This document shows positions 1 through 8,210 of a stretch of DNA of 55,080 nucleotides, one piece after another (the stretch's first letter is position 1; every line of letters starts with the position of its first letter). The stretch lies in contig JBCCLX010000001.1 in the NCBI GenBank assembly GCA_039026635.1, forward strand, positions 1-55,080. The letters are read 5' to 3'. Below the pieces are notes generated by a model. It was not told where the DNA came from. It did no database searches and saw only the letters and a program-made list of their open reading frames with translations. A program made the translations under genes and the position numbers. Origin of the DNA: Pseudomonadota bacterium (GTDB lineage: Bacteria; Pseudomonadota; Alphaproteobacteria; Rhodobacterales; Rhodobacteraceae).

Positions 1-507
1 ACGCGCTGACCGACGAGGACACCTCGGATCCGGCCAAAACAGGCGAGCTTGTCGCCTCCTTCGCGTGATTGCCCCCTCTCGGCGATTGCAAGCAATCGCC
101 TGTCGGTCAGCGGACGGCGCTTATGGTGGCAAGACCACCTAAGACGCGATCCGCGCCGCCCGGCCCTCGGCGTCGCCGCCGAGGATTGTTGTCCCGCCGC
201 CGGGCGCTGCCTGTGGCGGTTTGGAGCGAGAGCCATGCGCTGCGGATTGCAGTGCCTGCTCGAATTGCGTGGACAGCGGAAACCGGTTGCGGCCTACGCA
301 ATATCGTCGAGGCGGCCGAGGCCCTGCTGAAGCAGATCCTCCGCGGCCGCCTCACGGCGCGGAGCTTCGGCGCGCAGATGGAAAAAATCCGTGTGGCGAT
401 TGCCGTCGCGACCAGGGCTATCCGAGTGGCGAAACCTGCGATGGTTCGGTTGCGCTGAAGCGACACGACTGGATATGCGCGGCTGGCCGGAGCCGTGCAC
501 CAAGGCC
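1..507 (+). pseudogene. IS5-family (IS903 group) transposase remnant, C-terminal part, with right terminal repeat
   Basis: Fragments ALTDEDTSDPAKTGEL(stop) and W..GCGLRNIVEAA..LKQILRGRLTARSFGAQ..RAIRVAKP resemble the IS903-group C-terminus; broken by a stop at 66-68. CCGTGCACCAAGGCC (493-507) resembles an IS903-type IRR. Confidence 0.7.
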
Positions 508-801
508 GTCTATTGTGTGGTTTGCTCGTTCGGTCGTGTTTGTATCGGTCATTTCGCAGCTCTCCTGGGGCGTTGGACCAGAAGATGGTGCGCCTTGAAA
601 ATTTCATGCAAGGCGTTGTTATTAAAAAATAGATGGCGGAGGGAGAGAGATACGCAAAAACTCCGCTCAGTGGGCAAGGTCAAATCCTGACCAATTGCCG
701 CGCTTCACCGTGAATAGCGTCTGATACGATTGCTTTCTCTCGAGCTCGCCTGGTTCATTGCTGGACTCTCGCGCTCGCGGTGCCCTTGCGCGGTGTTGAC
801 C

Positions 802-1425
802 TTACTCAACTGCCACAGGGTAGGTCACTGAGCAGATCAAATGACGCGGGCGAGTATCACCCAAACTTACCTCGTAGACTGAGCTGTAGGTAACTCGCTC
901 CTGTCCGGCAGGTCCGTGGATTGCCACGTATCCAACCATCTCTCCTCCGGGAGCCACTCGTTCAGCAACCGTACGCGCTGTAACCGTGCTGTCCGACGAA
1001 GATAGTGCCCAGTCGAAGTAGGTTTGGCCAACGCCTATGACCACTCCAGCTGCGGGCGCAAGAAAGAAGCCCGCTCCTGCAACGCCAACCTGAACCCACA
1101 CTGGCACACCAGCATCGCCTCGCGCACGGAGATAGTCCGCAACCCACTGCGATTGATCTGCAGTCAACGCATGTCGTGCGCGTTCAACTGTGCCAGCCTG
1201 TTTGATACGCTGGAAGTCACTTGCCGGCATCGCCACGTAGAGCTCGCCTTGCAAGACCTGCCCAGCCGATTTGAGGCCAGAAATCTTACCGGTCCATTCG
1301 GAAATCCCAACGCACAGAGAAGTGTCAATATCTGACCTTGAATACCCACTGGATAGATGGCTGTCGGCTTGCGCCGGTACTACGGCCAATGTGCCGAGTA
1401 CCGAAAGTGCAAGAATTTTCATCAT
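802..1425 (-). CDS. Hypothetical exported protein (signal peptide, internal Gly-rich hydrophobic segment)
   Basis: MMKILALSVLGTLAVVPAQA-DS signal peptide, AGGTGG RBS, open ~207 aa ORF; no family recognised. Confidence 0.75.
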   Translation of the reverse strand: MMKILALSVLGTLAVVPAQADSHLSSGYSRSDIDTSLCVGISEWTGKISGLKSAGQVLQGELYVAMPASDFQRIKQAGTVERARHALTADQSQWVADYLRARGDAGVPVWVQVGVAGAGFFLAPAAGVVIGVGQTYFDWALSSSDSTVTARTVAERVAPGGEMVGYVAIHGPAGQERVTYSSVYEVSLGDTRPRHLICSVTYPVAVE

Positions 1426-1547
1426 TTCCACCACCTAAAAATAAGTCTTGCATCAGTGTCCGGATGCTTAACATTAGCGGAACGAGATTTTCCTCCGTGT
1501 TGCCGAGAGGCTACTCAAGCGTATCTCTCCGGTCTACCCGGAAAACG

Positions 1548-1835
1548 CTACAGACTGTCGTTCTCTATCAGGCCTACGACCGGCTGGTCGGCAAGGTGAC
1601 GGGTCACCTCGGCGAAAAGCTTCTCCGTCAGATGATGCTTCTCCAGCAGGTGGCGGAAGTTCAGGATCGTGGTCTCATCGGGGATCCGGTCGTCGCCGAG
1701 TTCGATGACCGCGAAGTGTCGCATGGCATCGCTCTCGTATAGCATTTCCTCGGCGATCGGGTCGCTCAGGGCATACCACTGCTAGAGGAAGTAGATACGC
1801 AGCATCGTCTCAAACGGTATCGGCGGGCGCCTGCC
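1548..1835 (-). pseudogene. IS5-family (IS5 group) transposase N-terminal fragment
   Basis: GRPPIPFETMLRIYFL*QWYALSDPIAEEMLYESDAMRHF...RIPDETTILNFRHLLEKH; in-frame TAG and truncation. Confidence 0.9.
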
Positions 1836-1931
1836 CGAATTTCTACTTCGCACTGCAACAGCGGTACCGAAAAACAGGCCCCAACGGAATTCTCAGGGCC
1901 GTGGCATTGGGGTTGGCGCCCAACCGCACCA

Positions 1932-2333
1932 TCAAAACCCCAGTAATTTGTTCATCACCCTGTCACGCAGATCGAGATAAGCGCTCACCAGCGCGTCTTC
2001 CGCGCCATCAGGGGCACAGCCATCAGTGCCTAGCTTTTCAATTCGGGTATCAGGAGCGTCACCTCCCAGACCTTCATCCGCGATGTCATTGAAGATGACG
2101 GCAAATGCGTCGTGGGCACTTGCAGCAAGGCAGTCGCCAGCTGGTTCGGTGTTGCTCGCGCCGCCAAAGGAACAGAAGCCTCGGAGAAGCGATTGCGTCA
2201 AGACTCCGCCCCTTTCGCAGGACGATCGAAAAGGCAGTGAATCGTTTCGTTCTGCCAGAAGCGATGATGCCGCCCAGACAGTTACAATCGGTAAGGTCAC
2301 AAGAAGATAAGCTGAAAGAAGTAAGACGCGCAT
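1932..2333 (-). CDS. Hypothetical membrane-anchored or exported protein with 4 Cys
   Basis: Hydrophobic N-terminus MRVLLLSAYLLVTLPIVTVWAA, GAGG RBS, 133 aa. Confidence 0.6.
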   Translation of the reverse strand: MRVLLLSAYLLVTLPIVTVWAASSLLAERNDSLPFRSSCERGGVLTQSLLRGFCSFGGASNTEPAGDCLAASAHDAFAVIFNDIADEGLGGDAPDTRIEKLGTDGCAPDGAEDALVSAYLDLRDRVMNKLLGF

Positions 2334-2381
2334 GTGGAACCTCATTCTCCTAGACGAGTGATATATCAACAGCCAGCGTCA

Positions 2382-2690
2382 CTAGTTGTCGAGCCCGGAG
2401 CGCGAGACGTCCGCTTTGAGCAACTCGCGCACCACCGCCAGGAACTCGTCGAGCAGCAGCAGCAGCAGGGTCATCCGCAGGTACACCGCCACCGCCTCCT
2501 CGGCCGCCGTGAGTAGCCAGTGCGGCGTGTGGCTGAGGTTGTGCAAGCCGGCCCGCTTGCGCCACTTCCAGACGGTCCAATCGGAGGTGCAGTAACGGTC
2601 CGCCAGAACGCAAGCCGGCTCGTCGCTCGCTTGGTTCGCAGCCCGTACCTTCGGCGTCGTTGTCGCCTGCTTGCGAAGAGAGACCAGCAT
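2382..2690 (-). pseudogene. IS481-family transposase N-terminal (HTH) fragment
   Basis: QATTTPKVRAA.QASDEP..VLA.RY....WTVWKWRKR...SHTPH...AVVRE.L...VSRSGLD, typical IS481 N-terminus, truncated. Confidence 0.85.
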
Positions 2691-2959
2691 GCTCCCCCTG
2701 GTCTCGAACCTCGCTCAGGATCGAGCGTGCCACGAACAGCGCCCTCCGACGAGGATCTATGTGATCATCCGTGGCGCTACACGTAAGCTCCTCAATCGCA
2801 AGGTCCCGCGCTCTGCGCTTGCTCTGTGTCTGCGTCGCCATGGCGTTTGATACTTCACCTGAAGGGACCCCGAGCCAGGCCAGGCCATGGCAGACTACTG
2901 CGCTCCATGACGGCTCAAAAGCCATCCATGGCCTCGTCAACTAATCCCTTCCAGGTGCG

Positions 2960-3125
2960 TCAAGGCAAAGAATTTACTGATCGGCCGTTCGGGTTCCGCC
3001 GCCGCACGGCCACTGGTGAGCACGAATTCGACCGCCTCTGTGCCGATCTCGGCATCGGGCGCCGCCTCGCCCCGCCGACGCGCTCCCAGACGACAGGTAT
3101 GGTCGAGCCCCCCAACGGCTGGCGG
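2960..3125 (+). pseudogene. IS481-family integrase-core (rve) fragment
   Basis: GKEFTDRPFGFRRRTATGEHEFDRLCADLGIGRRLAPPTRSQTTGMVEPPNG, a degenerate DNGKEF...PQTNGMVERFNG. Confidence 0.85.
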
Positions 3126-3214
3126 AGCAATAGCCCGTTGACTCGAAGGCTACTTTGGGGGACCGTTGCTACAATTTGTAATCGACTTGGGAACTTGGAG
3201 CGAGGGAGTTGTGG

Positions 3215-4513
3215 ATGAGCGTTTTCTCTCGTAGTTTAGTCCTTTTTCTTTTTGGCTTTTCCATTTCGAGCGCAACGGTCGCTGCCGAAATGCCGACCAG
3301 TATCGAGGGCAAGCTTCTGCTTTTGGAGTCGCGGCAAACGGCGCTAGCACTTGATTTACAAAACCTGCGCTGCCTGCAAGCAGGCGGGTCCGAGGCGGCA
3401 TGCAGGCAAGAAACGTTTCAGTTGGATGCCGAGGCTCAGAACGTTACGGCCCAAGCCAACGGGATTCAGACTACTGTAGACGGGGCCGAAATACCGTCGA
3501 TGACGGCGGCTAAAAACGCCATTCTGAACTGCGCTAATGCGGTCGATGCCTTTGGCAGGGCCAACCACAGCACGCAGCAGATGTCGCAAACGGCAGAGTC
3601 TGCCTTCAGTGGCCAATGTTCCGAAGAGGCCCTGGAAAAAACAATCGCGACCGCTGCGGAGGATGTAAAAGCGGCCGCCAAAAGCTGCCTTGAAGGTGCA
3701 GATGATATCGCAGGCGCATTTGCGAATTGGGAGGCGCAGGCTCAGACGAACTCACTGGTAGACGTGCTGAAGGTTGCGGCCAATGACGCCAACAGGCTCA
3801 AGGACGGCGCGGAGGAGTGCATCGACGACGCCCGAAGGGCAGCGGAGAGTTTGGACAATTCCGCTGATGCACTGTTGAACGCGATGGCCGCGACAGCGGC
3901 ATTCTGCGCCGCCGTGCCGGAACCCTACAGTTGTGCGATCTTTGGCGCGATACAGTTGCTGATGGCGCTGTTCAGCTCTGGCGATGGCGGTGGCGGCGAT
4001 GGCAATGGGCCTGGGGACGAGGAAGATGACGGAAGCGGCGGGGGAACTGGCCGGGAAACCGTTGAGGCCGTCGCCCAGGGCACCGGGTGCGAGAATGCCA
4101 CTAGAAGTGGCACAGCCCTGCTTTGCGATGGGGGGTTCGAGTTCAAATACGCCTTTGGCCGGGCCAAGATCGACGTGACTGGCGGCAATGCCGGGGTAGA
4201 GATCGCCGAAGCGCTAGCAGCTCAGCTGGACGCGACCCAACCGGACTTGGATGGCGGCTCCTTTGCTGATCTTTTCGGCAGCGGCAAAATGGTCGCGCGG
4301 GGCAACGACGAGATCCAGTTCTGCGTACACCGCCTACCCGGACTGCCAAACCAGTTCTTCCCCGATCAATGGGCGCGAAACGGATTTGACCAGGATGACG
4401 CCGACGCGCGCATTCTTGTGATCTTCGACCTGACCGATGCCGCAGAGCGCGCACACGCGATGACGCTTGAACCGGTTAGTGATAAGGACTTGGCGTCACC
4501 GGCCTGCGACTAG
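3215..4513 (+). CDS. Secreted Ala-rich helical protein, 12 Cys, internal hydrophobic hairpin, Gly/Asp linker, C-terminal domain (operon gene 1)
   Basis: GGGAG RBS; signal peptide MSVFSRSLVLFLFGFSISSATVAA; 432 aa; no family recognised. Confidence 0.85.
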   Translation: MSVFSRSLVLFLFGFSISSATVAAEMPTSIEGKLLLLESRQTALALDLQNLRCLQAGGSEAACRQETFQLDAEAQNVTAQANGIQTTVDGAEIPSMTAAKNAILNCANAVDAFGRANHSTQQMSQTAESAFSGQCSEEALEKTIATAAEDVKAAAKSCLEGADDIAGAFANWEAQAQTNSLVDVLKVAANDANRLKDGAEECIDDARRAAESLDNSADALLNAMAATAAFCAAVPEPYSCAIFGAIQLLMALFSSGDGGGGDGNGPGDEEDDGSGGGTGRETVEAVAQGTGCENATRSGTALLCDGGFEFKYAFGRAKIDVTGGNAGVEIAEALAAQLDATQPDLDGGSFADLFGSGKMVARGNDEIQFCVHRLPGLPNQFFPDQWARNGFDQDDADARILVIFDLTDAAERAHAMTLEPVSDKDLASPACD

Positions 4514-4527
4514 CCCTGGAGCCGCTG

Positions 4528-5583
4528 ATGTCCGCAAGTGACGACATCCAGTTTGACATGTCCGCAGCCCTGGTTGGCGTAATGGTGGTATTGTTTTACC
4601 TCGTTTATGAAGAGACAAGGTTCGAACAATCCCCGGGGGAGGGCACCGTACGGCTCGAGTTGCTTTACCTAGAAGACCCCTTGCCTGCGACGCGCTACGC
4701 GGACTTCACTTGGCCTGTCATTATCTCTGAAGGGGCAGCCGTCGGCAATCCGACCTATGAGTTGGACTTCAACGCAAGTTTTGAAGGCTACGAATACGCT
4801 TCGAACGAGGTTCGCTGCCGGCTGGATGATAGCGTTCAGGCGGTCTGGCAGGTCAATACCGCCGCGCCGTCACTTAGGGATCCGCGCGGTTACCAAGGCT
4901 TTCGTGTTGCTGGCGAAGTGGCGCTGGAAGACACGATTTATGCTGAGGCCGACTTGCAGGGGACGCGTGGAAACTTCGCTGACACGATCAATCTAACGCC
5001 GTTGCCGGGGCCTTGGGCAACGCTCATTTCCAACGACGACCTTCAGCTTTTTCTGCCCGGAGAGATTCTGGTCGATGGATATCTTCTGCCGACAACACCA
5101 GGTGCCGTCGGGCCCCCGGACTACTTCTATTTCGACTTGGAAGATGAAGGGCGTGAAGCCTTGGGGCGCGGTCGAAACAAGAGCTCCAGCTTCTCGACGG
5201 CCCACTCAGGACTCGTAACCGAGTTTCATGGCAAGAACCCGGCTGCGGCCATGGACCCAGAGCTCCTGCGGGGCATTTTGCGCCACCCTCTGGCGCAGCG
5301 CGTGACTTGCTCGTTGACGGGGCAGTCGATCCACGCCGCACAGCAGATTTCTGTCCATTTCGATCCACCGGGCTGCGGCGTGATGGGCGGTTGCGCGTCA
5401 GGATTTCAGAGCATCCGCCTGATTGGCCTTCGCTATCGCACGCCGCAGGGACGCGAATGGGTGACCTGGGACTTCAGCCAAGGCCTTTTGGAGGGCGTCG
5501 AGTTTACGCCCGACGTGACGCGTAATGCCGATGGGACCTATGCGCTGACGGCGCCGACGCGGATTGCGGTCGGGCTGAACTGA
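4528..5583 (+). CDS. Single-pass membrane protein with MotB/ExbD/ZorB-like N-terminal TM and large periplasmic beta-rich domain (operon gene 2)
   Basis: QFDMSAALVGVMVVLFYLV: Asp at the TM start; GGAG RBS; 351 aa. Confidence 0.75.
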   Translation: MSASDDIQFDMSAALVGVMVVLFYLVYEETRFEQSPGEGTVRLELLYLEDPLPATRYADFTWPVIISEGAAVGNPTYELDFNASFEGYEYASNEVRCRLDDSVQAVWQVNTAAPSLRDPRGYQGFRVAGEVALEDTIYAEADLQGTRGNFADTINLTPLPGPWATLISNDDLQLFLPGEILVDGYLLPTTPGAVGPPDYFYFDLEDEGREALGRGRNKSSSFSTAHSGLVTEFHGKNPAAAMDPELLRGILRHPLAQRVTCSLTGQSIHAAQQISVHFDPPGCGVMGGCASGFQSIRLIGLRYRTPQGREWVTWDFSQGLLEGVEFTPDVTRNADGTYALTAPTRIAVGLN

Positions 5584-6014
5584 TGGGACGGATCTCAATC
5601 ATGGGCGCGGACGTGTTTATTTGCCTGTTCGGCGTATTTGCAATCCTACGCGCCCTTGCGCCTCAGTACGAATTCATGCCGCAGCGAGATCTCATGCTCG
5701 AGATCTCTTGGCCCTCAATGGAAGCAGGCTGCATCGCTGAGATTGTGCTGATCGACCGAGGAATCCGACGCGAACTGAGCAATGCCAGTGCCCGCGTCCC
5801 CTATGACAGCGCGATGCTGGGGTGCCGCCTCCAACGCCCATTGGCCGAGGCAACGGCGGAGTCCGGCTTCGAGGTCGAATTGCTTATCCCTATCCTTTCG
5901 GCGGCAAATTGTGCCGATCTGACGGTCAAGGCTGGCATGGACACGGAAAAATCGGCCGATTGCAGCGGAGCGGGCGCAGATTTCCTCATCACGTTTCTGC
6001 CGGGAGAGGCGTGA
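5583..6014 (+). CDS. Second single-pass MotB/ExbD-like protein (operon gene 3)
   Basis: IMGADVFICLFGVFAILRAL: Asp at the TM start; TGATG overlap with gene 2; 143 aa; 4 Cys in the extracytoplasmic part. Confidence 0.72.
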   Translation: MGRISIMGADVFICLFGVFAILRALAPQYEFMPQRDLMLEISWPSMEAGCIAEIVLIDRGIRRELSNASARVPYDSAMLGCRLQRPLAEATAESGFEVELLIPILSAANCADLTVKAGMDTEKSADCSGAGADFLITFLPGEA

Positions 6015-6757
6015 TGATCGGGACGCTTTGCGCGACGATAATGGCCTCTACCATGGCGACCGGCTTCTCGCCGACGGAGGATCTGTTTGCAGTACACGGG
6101 CCGGGATCGCAGTTCGGCTTCGCGGACCAGGCGAGTTGCCGCATCAGCCTGTGCGAGGACGAGTTTGACAATGACCCGCGCGAAGTGATCGACTTATCCA
6201 CGGACAGCTGTGAAGTCTCGGGGTCCAGCTTCGGCCATAGTGACGCGTTAGGGGTACGCACGATCTTTCCCGATCAGCCCTCGAACCTGTTGTCGGCGCT
6301 TTCGGCGGCGCCCGGGAACAGCTTCACGCTTCATAACGGCGGGACGGGCCAGCTCGTCTTTGTGCTGGAGACCGCGAACGAACACGGCGCGTCGTTTAGA
6401 GGGATGGTCGACGGGGTGGGCATGGTGCTGCTGACCGGTGCGGATATGGCAGCGGTCAAGAGAGCGCTACGCTCGCTTAGCGGCGTGCCGTTGCCGTCGG
6501 TCACAGGCATTGTGGCTGATGCGGACACGGTGGTCGTCTCCGACGCGGTCATGGCCTATGCTCTCGACGTCAGGACCAGCACCGAGCTTGGCCGCGCGAG
6601 TGGCAATTTTGCCGGCGCCGCCAGTGACGAAATCAGCCTGGCTGGAGTACTGTGTGCCCTGCGCGAGGTGCAAAGGGGCGGCGTCGCCCCGCTTCTTCTG
6701 GGCGTCTATGACGCCTTTCCCGACCTGATGAGATTGGACGACGATTGTGAGCCCTGA
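6014..6757 (+). CDS. Hypothetical protein, possibly exported (operon gene 4)
   Basis: TGATG overlap and GGAGAGG RBS place the start at 6014 (or GTG 6011); 247 aa; weakly hydrophobic N-terminus. Confidence 0.75.
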   Translation: MIGTLCATIMASTMATGFSPTEDLFAVHGPGSQFGFADQASCRISLCEDEFDNDPREVIDLSTDSCEVSGSSFGHSDALGVRTIFPDQPSNLLSALSAAPGNSFTLHNGGTGQLVFVLETANEHGASFRGMVDGVGMVLLTGADMAAVKRALRSLSGVPLPSVTGIVADADTVVVSDAVMAYALDVRTSTELGRASGNFAGAASDEISLAGVLCALREVQRGGVAPLLLGVYDAFPDLMRLDDDCEP

Positions 6758-8210
6758 GGCCGATACAGCACAGCGCGCTCCGCGGCCTTTATGGCTGCCC
6801 TGGATTGCCGTTCCGATCGTGTTCTTGCTGGCCTATTCCCTATTCAGTCTGGCCTGGCATGAGCGCGACAATCAGATCACTCAAGCCTTGTGCAACGCCT
6901 ATTTCCCGGTGGCCGACGGCGCCGAGGCAGCAGAGTGTGGCGGGCTGGAGGACCCATCATCCCTTGTATCCTATCGCGACGACACCGACTTGCTCACGCG
7001 CGTGGTCGTCTTCTCCGGTGCGTTGGAGATCGCGACAGCGCTCGCGCGGCAGGAGGACGGCGTGGCGACCCCGCCCGATCCTCCCACGGAGGGCGCTGCC
7101 GAAGACCCCCTGGGTGCGCCTGAGCTCGAGGCTCGCTGCAAGGAACTGGAACTGGGTAGTTTCAGTTTTAATCCGCTGCGGTTCGGATACTCCCAAGACG
7201 CCAGTTACGACAGCATCGCGCGTGTGATTGAGGCCTGCACGCAGAGCCGGGCATCCGATATCGAAAGCCCGCGGCAGCTGTGCACCGGCACGCGCAACCC
7301 GCTGCCGCCGGAGATTTGCAACCGCTCGCTACAATTCGCGAGCGCGATGCAGGGGTTCGACCGTGGCGACGGTGCTTGGATCGTCGTCGCGCTGGTCGTG
7401 GTCGCAATCACCTTCGGGCTGTTCCAGCTGATCACGCTAGTGCTCGCGATCTGGGGCCTCACCGCCGCGATGCGACTGAGCTATACCGTCCAGGGCCGCT
7501 CCAAGCAGAACCCGACACCAGATGAAAGCATCTCGCAGTGGACGGACCTAGCACGCTTTCCGGCGAAAGTGGCTGCCGAGGCAACGCTGAAAGAAACAGA
7601 ACGCGTCTCCGAAGAAAAACGAGAGCAGACCTACAACGCCTTGCGTGACACCTATATCGACGCCGTCGACCGCAAGTTCCGCCAGACTGAAGTCTTTGCC
7701 GACCTTGTCGTACTGCTGGGCCTTCTGGGCACGCTCTACGGCATGCTGATCCTGTTCGCGGCGTTGGCGGAAACGGGCTCTGCCGATCCGCTGACGGCGG
7801 AACTTGCCTCTTCGCAGATGCTCGGCTCTCTGGGGCTGGCCTTTGGCACCACGATTTTTGCCGCGGGCCTCCGCTTCATTATGCTGTTGAGCTTGCCGAG
7901 CCTGCGCGACCCCGCCGAAATCGAAGCAAAGAACATCTACATTGCAGCTTTCCAGGGCCTGTCGCTGCCCGAGGTCGGCAAGCGCCGGGACTTCGGCAGC
8001 GCCGGACGCGATGACAACGATCTGCCGAACTTCGACGATTTGCTCCCTGAACTGGACAGCTGGAGTTGGGGCACCGGGCTCGGCCGCGCACGCACGCCCG
8101 CACACAACTTTCCGCTTTGGACGATCGCGTTTTTCATCATCATGGCGACCCTTGTCTTCCTGTTCGCCGGCGTCCTCGCGGATATCGAGGCCATGAGGAC
8201 GACCTCATGA
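6747..8210 (+). CDS. MotA/TolQ/ExbB proton-channel family protein with extra periplasmic domain and C-terminal TM (operon gene 5)
   Basis: LLGLLGTLYGMLILF...MLGSLGLAFGTTIFAAGL hairpin is the family signature; additional TMs at about aa 14-36, 210-240 and the C-terminus. Confidence 0.88.
   Translation: MSPEADTAQRAPRPLWLPWIAVPIVFLLAYSLFSLAWHERDNQITQALCNAYFPVADGAEAAECGGLEDPSSLVSYRDDTDLLTRVVVFSGALEIATALARQEDGVATPPDPPTEGAAEDPLGAPELEARCKELELGSFSFNPLRFGYSQDASYDSIARVIEACTQSRASDIESPRQLCTGTRNPLPPEICNRSLQFASAMQGFDRGDGAWIVVALVVVAITFGLFQLITLVLAIWGLTAAMRLSYTVQGRSKQNPTPDESISQWTDLARFPAKVAAEATLKETERVSEEKREQTYNALRDTYIDAVDRKFRQTEVFADLVVLLGLLGTLYGMLILFAALAETGSADPLTAELASSQMLGSLGLAFGTTIFAAGLRFIMLLSLPSLRDPAEIEAKNIYIAAFQGLSLPEVGKRRDFGSAGRDDNDLPNFDDLLPELDSWSWGTGLGRARTPAHNFPLWTIAFFIIMATLVFLFAGVLADIEAMRTTS

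Noticed and set aside
2690-2940. Short minus-strand ORF MATQTQSKRR... and several CCATGG motifs
   Set aside because: The ORF runs into IS481 debris with no recognisable motif; the repeats are short and irregularly spaced
3138-3180. TTGACT and TACAAT as a sigma70 promoter for the operon
   Set aside because: Spacing is 26 bp, too long; the TACAA-T-TTGTA palindrome is too short to call
3914-3975. VPEP followed by a hydrophobic stretch resembling a PEP-CTERM sorting signal
   Set aside because: It is internal (~180 aa follow), lacks the trailing basic cluster, and no exosortase is in the window
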